From: a virus | Taxonomy: Duplodnaviria; Caudoviricetes | IMG/VR virus record: IMGVR_UViG_3300032330_001190 | Span: 1 to 28,290 of that record | Direction: 5' to 3' (one strand) | Length of the DNA: 28,290 nucleotides | In this document: positions 8,180 through 15,900 of the stretch, piece by piece | How positions within the stretch are numbered: position 1 is the stretch's first letter | Layout of the letters: the number at the start of each line of letters is the position of its first letter | Notes under the pieces: model-generated | Told to the model about the DNA's origin: nothing | Seen by the model: the letters and a program-made list of their open reading frames with translations, nothing else | The model's database searches: none | Program-made: the position numbers and the translations under genes

Positions 8180-8401
8180 TCAATTCATGCTGGAGCGTGG
8201 CGCGATCTGGTCTACGAGCCACTCAAGCGTGACCTTTTCTTCGAGCAGGGCCATCAGGACGATGGCGCAGGCTTGCGGGACAGGGTTATGGCCAGAGGCC
8301 CAAAGTTGGACGGCTCGCCGCGTCACGCCCATGAGGACGGCTAGATCGTTCGTGTTGAACTCTAGCTTGGTCATGATGTCTTTCAGCTTTTCGGCGGTCA
8401 A
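8180..8401 (-). CDS. XRE/Cro-family HTH protein (73 aa)
   Basis: NTNDLAVLMGVTRRAVQLWASGHNPVP is a canonical HTH; TTG start overlapping upstream stop. Confidence 0.85.
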   Translation of the reverse strand: MTAEKLKDIMTKLEFNTNDLAVLMGVTRRAVQLWASGHNPVPQACAIVLMALLEEKVTLEWLVDQIAPRSSMN

Positions 8402-8601
8402 TGAATCATCTCCAACAAAGCCGCTCGGGCTGATGACAGGGATCGTTCATGGCGTATGTCGCCATGGACAGACAGGGCTCGCCAGATTGTCTTGGGCTTG
8501 TGTGCGCTGGCGATGCTGCTTTTGCGCACCCACCCGATCAGGCGGTCAAAGTAATAGATCTCGTAACATCCGTCAGGCTGGATGCGTGATGTGTGGACCA
8601 T
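8398..8601 (-). CDS. hypothetical protein (67 aa)
   Basis: Tightly packed between neighbours in leftward small-gene cluster. Confidence 0.65.
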   Translation of the reverse strand: MVHTSRIQPDGCYEIYYFDRLIGWVRKSSIASAHKPKTIWRALSVHGDIRHERSLSSARAALLEMIH

Positions 8602-8602
8602 G

Positions 8603-8767
8603 TCATTTCCCCATTTTCTGGATTTGGTGGAAGGCGGTTTTCAGGTCGAGGAAGTCATCGGCGGCGAGAAAACATTTCGCCATGGGATGCTTGCGGTCAT
8701 AGGCCACAAGCTTCTCGGCGTTTTTGTCTGAGGGGTCGGCCCGATAGGCGTTCAGCAACTTGATCAT
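8603..8767 (-). CDS. hypothetical protein (54 aa)
   Basis: Not in ORF track; MIKLLNAYRADPSDKNAEKLVAYDRKHPMAKCFLAADDFLDLKTAFHQIQKMGK; AGGAGG RBS, ATGA overlap with upstream stop. Confidence 0.75.
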   Translation of the reverse strand: MIKLLNAYRADPSDKNAEKLVAYDRKHPMAKCFLAADDFLDLKTAFHQIQKMGK

Positions 8768-8955
8768 TTTGAGGCCTCCTCGCCAGCTTGCACGGTGTAG
8801 ACGTTGCGGATCTCGACGACCTCCCAGCTATGGCCGCTCTGAGCCGAGCGGCGATTGGCCGAGTTGATGGCCGCGTCCAGCCAGAGGAAGGTGTCGCAGA
8901 CGGCGATCTGCTGGGCGAAGCTGAGGTCAGAGTCATTGTCGATCAGGTAATACAT
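8764..8955 (-). CDS. hypothetical protein (63 aa)
   Basis: Preceded by ACCTCATGGAGATCCCCG-ATG, a variant of the shared leader. Confidence 0.75.
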   Translation of the reverse strand: MYYLIDNDSDLSFAQQIAVCDTFLWLDAAINSANRRSAQSGHSWEVVEIRNVYTVQAGEEASK

Positions 8956-8977
8956 CGGGGATCTCCATGAGGTGGGT

Positions 8978-8993
8978 GGGGGCCGAAGCCCCC
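8978..8993 (-). other. GC-rich cUUCGg hairpin between genes
   Basis: GGGGGC-TTCG-GCCCCC on minus strand just after the stop at 8999; no U-tract. Confidence 0.55.
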
Positions 8994-8998
8994 GGTGA

Positions 8999-9298
8999 TT
9001 AAGCGGCCTTGCGAACCTTCTTTGCCTTGATGCGGACGACCGGGAAAGCCGCGCCCTCGACCTTGCAGGAGTCGATCTGCTCCTGCGTCAGGCCCAAAGC
9101 CAGCAGCAGCTTTTCGTTGATCGAGGAGCGAGCCTGAACGGCGACATCAAGGTCGGCGGTCTCGCCTTCGAGGAAGCCGTAGCCGCCGACAATGGCGACG
9201 ACATCAGCCTTGGCGGCTTTGAGGACAGTCTCGGCCTGATCGGCCTGAGCCTTGGCGGCAAGGTAAACTTCGACGGCGGCGACGGTGTTGGCGGTCAT
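8999..9298 (-). CDS. hypothetical protein (99 aa), Ala-rich with basic C-terminus
   Basis: Likely start ATG 9298 after GATGGAGATTGAT leader (the MEID prefix in the track is the translated RBS). Confidence 0.85.
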   Translation of the reverse strand: MTANTVAAVEVYLAAKAQADQAETVLKAAKADVVAIVGGYGFLEGETADLDVAVQARSSINEKLLLALGLTQEQIDSCKVEGAAFPVVRIKAKKVRKAA

Positions 9299-9342
9299 AT
9301 CAATCTCCATCAGGTTGCGGTCTCTATCTCGACCGTGGATTC

Positions 9343-9415
9343 ATCGTACACGAACTTTTTTCGTTTGCAAGTGGGGTACGAAAATAATTCGCACCCCTGT
9401 CTGTGGATAACTTCA
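9343..9415 (-). promoter_or_regulatory. cassette promoter 1: DnaA box, stem-loop, promoter with operator
   Basis: TTATCCACA (9410-9402); GGGGTGCGAA-TTATT-TTCGTACCCC hairpin; TTGCAA-16-TACGAT; CGAA-N5-TTCG at 9351-9363 and 9379-9391. Confidence 0.7.
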
Positions 9416-9637
9416 GTCCTCGTGGCGCTCGGGGAACAGGATGAAATCGACGATCTCGTCCTGCTGGTCCTGTGAGATCTCGGAGACGCTCTTGCGCCAC
9501 CAGTCATGGGCCAGCTCGACGAAGCGGTCGAGGTCGGCCTCCGTGGGTTCGCGAGAGCCAGCAGGGCGGGCGTAGTCGAAGGCGTCCCGAAGGTACTGGC
9601 GTTGCTGGGCGAGGTAGTCGTTCAGTTCGATCCACAT
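9413..9637 (-). CDS. hypothetical acidic protein (74 aa)
   Basis: ATG 9637 after shared leader; TGA forms the edge of the 48-bp repeat. Confidence 0.8.
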   Translation of the reverse strand: MWIELNDYLAQQRQYLRDAFDYARPAGSREPTEADLDRFVELAHDWWRKSVSEISQDQQDEIVDFILFPERHED

Positions 9638-9678
9638 ATCAATCTCCATCAGGTCAGGTCATCAGCGACCATGAACAC

Positions 9679-9752
9679 ACACTAAACGAACATAATTCGT
9701 AAGTCAAGCGGGGTACGAAAATAATTCGCACCCCTGCCTGTGGATAACTTCA
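9679..9752 (-). promoter_or_regulatory. cassette promoter 2: DnaA box, stem-loop, promoter with operator
   Basis: 9705-9752 matches 9368-9415 at 46/48; TTATCCACA (9747-9739); TTGACT-17-TAGTGT; CGAA-N5-TTCG at 9687-9699 and 9716-9728. Confidence 0.75.
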
Positions 9753-10013
9753 CAGGATCTCCTTCCTGTCCATCGCCATCGCGAAATGCCGCGCTGCGCC
9801 CCGGTTGACGGCTTTGCCCACTTTCAAGGGGCCATCGAAGATCAGGCCGAACAGCCTGCCCCGCTCATAATCCCAGCGATTGTTCGTCTCCCACTCGTAG
9901 ATGTCATACTGCATGGGCTTGCCCGCGCGGGCCTCCTTGAATCCCTTGACAAACGGCGCGCTGCGCATGACGCCGATGATGCTGGTCTGTTTGGTTTGAA
10001 CTTGCTTGATCAT
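9750..10013 (-). CDS. hypothetical protein (87 aa)
   Basis: ATG 10013 after shared leader core; WDYERGRLFG motif; TGA forms the edge of the 48-bp repeat. Confidence 0.8.
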   Translation of the reverse strand: MIKQVQTKQTSIIGVMRSAPFVKGFKEARAGKPMQYDIYEWETNNRWDYERGRLFGLIFDGPLKVGKAVNRGAARHFAMAMDRKEIL

Positions 10014-10068
10014 ATCAATCTCCATTGGGTCGGCAAAGGTCGGCAATTTAATTGCCGACCCGCGTTGT

Positions 10069-10443
10069 TCAAAAGGAAGGGTCGCGATATTTTTCGCGAC
10101 GACCAATGATCAGGCCCGCCCCCTTGGACTTGATCCAGCGGCCAGTGGTCCTATTCAAGAACACTTGAACCCATGAGCCGTTCTTCTCGCGGCGGAAGTG
10201 ATAGGTCGGGCCTGTCTCACTGGGCTCATAAGTGTAGGTCTGCTGCTCGAAGTCGGTGCATGTGGCCTTGTCGCCGCGCAGGGTCACGATCTGCTTCTGG
10301 GCGTCATAGGCGACCACAGTGGCCGGGGAACGGTCAGACCAGTGCAGGACCGTCGCAGCCTCGCCAGCGATGGGCGCAAGCCCCTTAGAGGCGGACAGGA
10401 CATGGTTCACGAGAGATCCGGTTTCGGTGCTAAGCTTAAGCAT
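10069..10443 (-). CDS. hypothetical phage protein (124 aa)
   Basis: ATG 10443 after shared leader; GEAATVLHWSDRSPATVV...REKYRDPSF. Confidence 0.8.
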   Translation of the reverse strand: MLKLSTETGSLVNHVLSASKGLAPIAGEAATVLHWSDRSPATVVAYDAQKQIVTLRGDKATCTDFEQQTYTYEPSETGPTYHFRREKNGSWVQVFLNRTTGRWIKSKGAGLIIGRREKYRDPSF

Positions 10444-10479
10444 ATCAATCTCCATCAGGTCATCAGCGACCATGGACAC

Positions 10480-10508
10480 ACACTAAACGAACTTATTTCG
10501 CCTGTCTA
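10480..10508 (-). promoter_or_regulatory. cassette promoter 3 with operator
   Basis: TAGACA-17-TAGTGT; CGAA-N5-TTCG at 10488-10500; 10456-10492 nearly identical to 9655-9691. Confidence 0.7.
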
Positions 10509-10641
10509 CCCCATTCCAGCAATTTTGCGAAAAATATTTCTTGGTGTATTTTCCCCCGAACTTTTGGGCCGTTTGACTCGAATCAGCATCTGCGAGACAA
10601 ATCTTGAGGGCCATATGCCCGATTGATTGAGGGGAGCCAGC

Positions 10642-10911
10642 ATGATCGAGAATAATCAAATCCAATCCATCATCCAACGCATCGAGCGGATGGAAGATGA
10701 AAAGTCGGCCATCTCGCTCGACATCTCAGAGATCTACAAGGAAGCCAAGGGCAACGGCTTCGATGTAAAAATCCTCAAGAAAATCATCAGTTTACGCAAA
10801 AAGCCCAAGAACCAGCGGGACGAAGAACAGGCGCTCCTTGAGACCTATCTCGCAGCCGTCGAGGGATTCGAAACAACTCCGCTTGGAAAATACGCAAAGG
10901 AACCTGTCTAA
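10642..10911 (+). CDS. gapR: GapR-like (DUF2312/UPF0335) DNA-binding protein
   Basis: IQSIIQRIERMEDEK..ISLDISEIYKEAKGNGFDVKILKKIISLRK...EEQALLETY fits the DUF2312 consensus; GAGGGGAG RBS before ATG 10642. Confidence 0.9.
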   Translation: MIENNQIQSIIQRIERMEDEKSAISLDISEIYKEAKGNGFDVKILKKIISLRKKPKNQRDEEQALLETYLAAVEGFETTPLGKYAKEPV

Positions 10912-11373
10912 GTGACTGCAAAGCCTATCAAAAAGCGCGTCACTCAGGGCTTCGATGATGCAATCGCCGATGAGATCGTCGAGCGGATGATCCACGGTGA
11001 AAGCATGCTGAAGATCTGCGCTGACGCGCACATTCCTGATCGTGCGACGATCTATAGGTGGATGGACGCCCGCCCCGACTTCGCGACGCGGTGCGCGCGC
11101 GCGAGGGAAGGGCTCGCCGACTTTCTCGTCGATCAGATCGAGAAGATGGCTGACGCGACTACCGAAGAGAACGTCCAGAGTCAGAAGGTGAAGATCGCAA
11201 CCGCCCAGTGGCGGGCGATGAAGATGGCCCCGCGCACCTACGGCGACAAGACGCAGACCGAGGTCACGGGCGCCGGAGGCGGTCCCGTGCAGCTCGCTGC
11301 GGTCGATCTGCGTGGCCTGAGCGACGCCGAGCTGGCGACGATGCAGGCCCTGCTGGGCAAGGCCTCAGAATGA
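10912..11373 (+). CDS. terS: terminase small subunit (Sf6/P22-like)
   Basis: GESMLKICAD..IPDRATIYRW HTH, QWRAMKMAPRTYGDK, EVTGAGGGPV; directly upstream of TerL. Confidence 0.9.
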   Translation: MTAKPIKKRVTQGFDDAIADEIVERMIHGESMLKICADAHIPDRATIYRWMDARPDFATRCARAREGLADFLVDQIEKMADATTEENVQSQKVKIATAQWRAMKMAPRTYGDKTQTEVTGAGGGPVQLAAVDLRGLSDAELATMQALLGKASE

Positions 11374-12935
11374 ACGCGCCCCTCTCGCGCGAGATCATGC
11401 AGGCCATGGTGGACCGTGAGGTCTCGCGCCGGGCTGCGAGCGCCTCGCTCTATGAGTTCGTGAAGCAGGCGTGGCACGTTCTGGAGCCCGGCGTTCCCTT
11501 TGTGCCGGGCTGGCACATCGAGGCGATCTGCGAGCATCTGGAGGCGGTCACGGCGGGCGAGATCCTGCGCCTGCTGGTCAACATCCCGCCGAGGCATTCG
11601 AAGTCCACCATCATAAGCGTGGCGTGGCCATGTTGGGAGCTGATCACTGCGCCGCACCAGCGCTACCTCTGCGCGTCCTACAGCAGCAGCCTCTCGATCC
11701 GCGACAACCTCGCCGCTCGGCGTCTGATCCAGTCGCCTTGGTATCAGGAGCGCTGGGGGCACCTCTACCAGCTCGCGGGCGACCAGAACGCCAAGCAGCG
11801 CTTTGAGACGACCCGCAACGGCTACCGGATCGCCACATCAGTCGGCGGCACGGCGACGGGCGAAGGTGGCTCCCGCCTGATCCTCGACGATCCCCACTCG
11901 GCGAAAGATGCTCAAAGCGACGCCATCCGTGAGTCAACGATTGATTGGTTCAACCAAGTCTGGTCGAGCCGCCTGAACGATCCCAAACGCGACGCCATGG
12001 TCACGGTCATGCAGCGTCTGCATGAGCGTGATGTTTCCGGCGTCATCCTCGAACAGGGCGGCTGGGAGCATGTCTGCATCCCCGCCGAGTGGGATGGGAG
12101 GGTTCGCCGCAGCATGCTCGGCGTCTACGATCCCCGCCGCTCCAAGGGCGAGCTGATCTGCCCCGACCGCTTCGGCGAGAAGGAGATCACCAACCTCAAG
12201 CAGAGCCTTGGGGCCTACGGCACCGCAGGCCAGCTCCAGCAGGAGCCGAGCCCCGCCGAGGGCGGCATCCTCGACACCACGAACTTTCAACTCTGGCCAA
12301 GCGAGAAGGGCCTGCCCCCGTTCGAGTTCATCATCCAGTCCTATGACTGCGCCTTCACCGAGAAGACGACCGGCGATCCGACCGCATGCACGGTCTGGGC
12401 CGTGTTTACGCACGAGGGCGAGCGCAACGCCATGCTGATCGACGCATGGGACGAGCACCTGTCCTATCCCGAGCTGCGCACCCGCGCGATCAAGGACTGG
12501 CAGACCGAGTACGGCGGCATGACGAAGGACAGCCCCTACAGCCGGGCCAAGCGTCCCGACCGGGTGCTGGTCGAGGCCAAGGCCAGCGGCCAGAGCCTCA
12601 TTCAGGACATGCGCCTCGCCCGCGTCCCGGTCATCGGCTACAACCCCGGCAAGGCTGACAAGGTCAGCCGCGCCCATCAGGCTGCGCCCACGCTTGAGCT
12701 GGGATTGCTCTGGATACCAGAGTCGGTTAAGAATAAGGGGCATCCGGTAAGCTGGAGTGGCGCATTCCTGCGCCAGCTATCCAAGTTCCCAGTGGCTGAG
12801 CATGACGACTATGTGGACACGTTCACGCAGGCGATCATCTTCCTGAAGGACTCTGGATGGTTTGAGCTTCCACGCGCGAAAGACGTTGATGACGTTCGCC
12901 CGAAGGTTGAGCGCGTCAACCCATACGCAGTGTGA
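11370..12935 (+). CDS. terL: terminase large subunit
   Basis: ATG 11370 overlapping TerS stop; Walker A NIPPRHSKS, Walker B LILDDPH, MQRLH, SYDCAF and HDDYVD nuclease motifs. Confidence 0.95.
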   Translation: MNAPLSREIMQAMVDREVSRRAASASLYEFVKQAWHVLEPGVPFVPGWHIEAICEHLEAVTAGEILRLLVNIPPRHSKSTIISVAWPCWELITAPHQRYLCASYSSSLSIRDNLAARRLIQSPWYQERWGHLYQLAGDQNAKQRFETTRNGYRIATSVGGTATGEGGSRLILDDPHSAKDAQSDAIRESTIDWFNQVWSSRLNDPKRDAMVTVMQRLHERDVSGVILEQGGWEHVCIPAEWDGRVRRSMLGVYDPRRSKGELICPDRFGEKEITNLKQSLGAYGTAGQLQQEPSPAEGGILDTTNFQLWPSEKGLPPFEFIIQSYDCAFTEKTTGDPTACTVWAVFTHEGERNAMLIDAWDEHLSYPELRTRAIKDWQTEYGGMTKDSPYSRAKRPDRVLVEAKASGQSLIQDMRLARVPVIGYNPGKADKVSRAHQAAPTLELGLLWIPESVKNKGHPVSWSGAFLRQLSKFPVAEHDDYVDTFTQAIIFLKDSGWFELPRAKDVDDVRPKVERVNPYAV

Positions 12936-12943
12936 GGGCTCAG

Positions 12944-15900
12944 ATGAACGACCGTCCCTTTAACCTTGGCATCGATCCGGCTGAAGCTGAGGCGCGGCTT
13001 CAGCAGCTCTTGCAGCCGACTGGGTTTGCTGAGGGTGGGCCTGCCAGAAGGTCGCTGCGCGATGCCATCGCCGAGCTGACAGGGCCAGAGGGCCAGAGCG
13101 AGATTGACGGTCGCCGTGCTGAGAGCCCGAGCCTTGAGGGCATGGGCGAGGGCATGGCCATCGTGGGCGAGGGCGTTGCGCCGCTGGCCCGCATGGCCCG
13201 CGACTATGGCGTCAGCCGATATGAAGACCCGAGCCAGATCCCGAGCGACTTGTCTGCGGTTGGCTCGGCGCTTAAGCATGCGTTCATGGAAGACCCGATC
13301 AACTTCCTCGCAGGCTTGAATCCGTTTGTTGGCGCCGCTCAGTCTATGGCCGCAATCCCCGGCATCCGTGATGCCGTCAAGCGCGCGCAGGAAGCTGGCG
13401 ACGAGGCGGGAGCTGACAAGCTGAAGGCCATGGCGACCCTGTCGGCGCTGGGCATCGGCATTCCCGGCGCAAGGGGCGAGATGGCTGAGATCTCGAAGGC
13501 GGCGCCCAAGCGCAAGATGACGCTGGCCGATGTGCGCCGAGAGTTCGACCCGCGCGCAGGCGAGGGCATGAGCGGCGACGATCTGGAGCGCCTCGTCGAT
13601 GCCTATGGCCGCGTGGCGTCGCCAGTGTCCGAGCATCCCGAGCTTGCAGCCAAGGGCCGCGAGATCGCCGACACCTACATCACGAAGGGTGGCATGGAAT
13701 ATGGCTCTGGCCGCAATTACTTCAACACCAAGCCAAGCGTCCCGCTTGAGGAACTAGGCCGCGTCGCCGACACGATCCCCTATAGCCATGAACTCAAGCC
13801 CATCGTCGAGAAGCCGTGGGAAGAAGTCATTCGCGAGCGCCGCGACAGTCCGATGATCACGCTAGGCGGTGATTTGTCTGACTGGGTACGCCTGCGCGGC
13901 TATGGCCCACAGGACGATCTGAGGGCTCTTGCTCGCGCCAGCGACATTCATGCTGGCTTTGACTACATGCGTGAGCCCAACAGGTTTACTGTTTGGGCCA
14001 ACGCGCCTGAGCATGCCGAAATGCTTGAAAAAAAGATTTTAACTGATCCAGCTATTCAGAATGCCATTAAGCGCGATCTGCCTGTTCTTGGAACGCCTGC
14101 GCCGATGGGTCCGCGCGCTATCGACAGCGCCAAAAACTTTATGGACACTTACCTGTCGGCGGTTGAAGCATCTCCGATCCCCGACAAGTTCCTGAAAGAA
14201 GCAAATGAAAAACTGAAGTCTGGTTTGTTTGGCTCAACGCCAAAAGACAAAGACAGGATTCGCAAGGTTTTTTCTGATTTCCCCGGCTTTGAAAACATAG
14301 ATGCGGCACGAGACTTTATGCTCAACAATCCCGAGGTCAGCGGCAAAATGCGTGCCGCTGTGATCAAGGGTATGGAGAAGGACGGATTTGTAAAACAGGG
14401 TTTCCCTGAAGTTGGGCAACTTCGAGTTGCCGCGACCAGCCCCAAGTTCATGATGGCTCCCGGTAACATGATCGGTGGCCGTCTGGTGGAGTTGGACCCA
14501 AAACTGTTTGCTGTTTCGCGCGAAGAGGCAAACAAGTTCTTTGATCACTTCACATATACGGGCGACACGCCCGGCATTTACTATGCCGACACGCCTTTGG
14601 TGCATCGCCATCATGCTGCTCCTGATGTCACTGATCGGGCGATGGCCGCCTATAACGTCGAGCGTCCAAATCCAAAAAATCCAGACAAGCCCAAGCCGCC
14701 AATGACCGTTCATCCATTCTCGCTTGATCAAACGGGACGCGACACTTGGCGCAAGCTGTTTGAAGAGCAGCGTAGAGTACAGCCCTTGAACGAGCGCATG
14801 CTTGAGAGCATCCAGCGCGGCGAAGCTCGGCGCGGGCTGTATGGCTTTGCCGAAGGCGGCTTGGTGTCCGGCGATGGCGGCATGGACGACCTCTACGCCC
14901 TGCATCAGAAGTATGCTGAGGGTGGATCTGCTGACTGCGGCTGCGCACCGGGTTACGCGGGTGGTGGTCTTTTTCAGAAGTACGGTGAAGACCCGAGATA
15001 CGAAGACAAGTTCAGCCCTGAAGCGATGCGCCAGATAGCAGATCCTGCTCAGGGTTTTTTTGACACGCCAGTTCCTACAGGGTTGCCCATTGGTCAGGCG
15101 GTCGGCACGGATGTGGGGTATCATTTCGGGTCAGGCCTCGCTGATGCGTTCAAGCTTGCAAATCAGGCGTATGAAGGTGAGCTTCCGCCCGATTATTTTC
15201 AGACCGACGAAGGCGTTGGGCGCGCACTCAATGCAGCGATGACACCCATGCTCGGCAGCTTCGGCTTGAGCCACGCGGTCGGTCCTGCCCTGAAAGAAGG
15301 CGAAGCCATGCTCGGCATGGCGGTGAAGCCGAAGGGGGGGAACTGGATCAAGGGCAGCATTGAGAACGCAACAAAAGGACTCAAGTCTGGCGAGAGCCTA
15401 GAAGACCTTTTAGCCGCTAATGAGCATTGGAAGCTTCAAATTGAACAGGCAAATGAAAAACAAAACCCTGTTCTTGCTGGGAATGCGAACCGCTACATTC
15501 AAAGCAATAACCAAGACATCGCCATCGACAACTGGGTGGACAAAAAGCTCAATAAGTACATCCGCAATGAGATGGCCACGCCTGAAGACCCCATCCGGCT
15601 TTTGGCAGAAAAAGATATTCTTCATGTTGACCCGGAAAAAGGTCTCTACCCAACGTGGAGGCATATACCGAATCAAGAGAATCTTGCTCAATCTCAAGCC
15701 GCAAAGGTTTGGGAAGATGTTTCTGACCGGGCTCTGACCACTGACCCTGCAAAGGATTATCAAAAACAAAATTGGTTTTCGAAATCAAAACAGAACGACA
15801 ATTCTTGGATTGAAAAGCTGGACCCCGAAACTCCAGTTTATGAAGTCAATGAACTATCTCCAATGAGAGCTAGTTTGGGTTTCAACCACCTTGTCGATGA

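Larger units (their letters stand above)
9296..10460 (-). repeat. repeated start-associated leader ACCTGATGGAGATTGAT-ATG (4 copies)
   Basis: Plus-strand CATATCAATCTCCATCAGGT at 9296-9315, 9635-9654, 10441-10460; 15-bp core at 10011-10025; each ends in a start codon. Confidence 0.92.

Noticed and set aside
9368-9752. Integron attC sites
   Set aside because: No GTTRRRY/RYYYAAC-bounded hairpin of attC geometry and no integron integrase in the window.
10081-10100. Palindrome GTCGCGA-N6-TCGCGAC as another operator
   Set aside because: Inside coding sequence (REKYRD) with different spacing and no promoter.
9298-10479. Shared MEIDM N-terminal peptide in four ORFs
   Set aside because: It is the translated GGAG Shine-Dalgarno leader; the second ATG has proper SD spacing.
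9351-10500. CGAA-N5-TTCG as a LexA/SOS box
   Set aside because: One base shorter than the Gram-positive CGAAC-N4-GTTCG box and unlike the alphaproteobacterial GTTC-N7-GTTC direct repeat.
11208-11369. N-terminal extension of TerL in the ORF track
   Set aside because: Overlaps terS; ATG 11370 coupled to the terS stop is the more plausible start.
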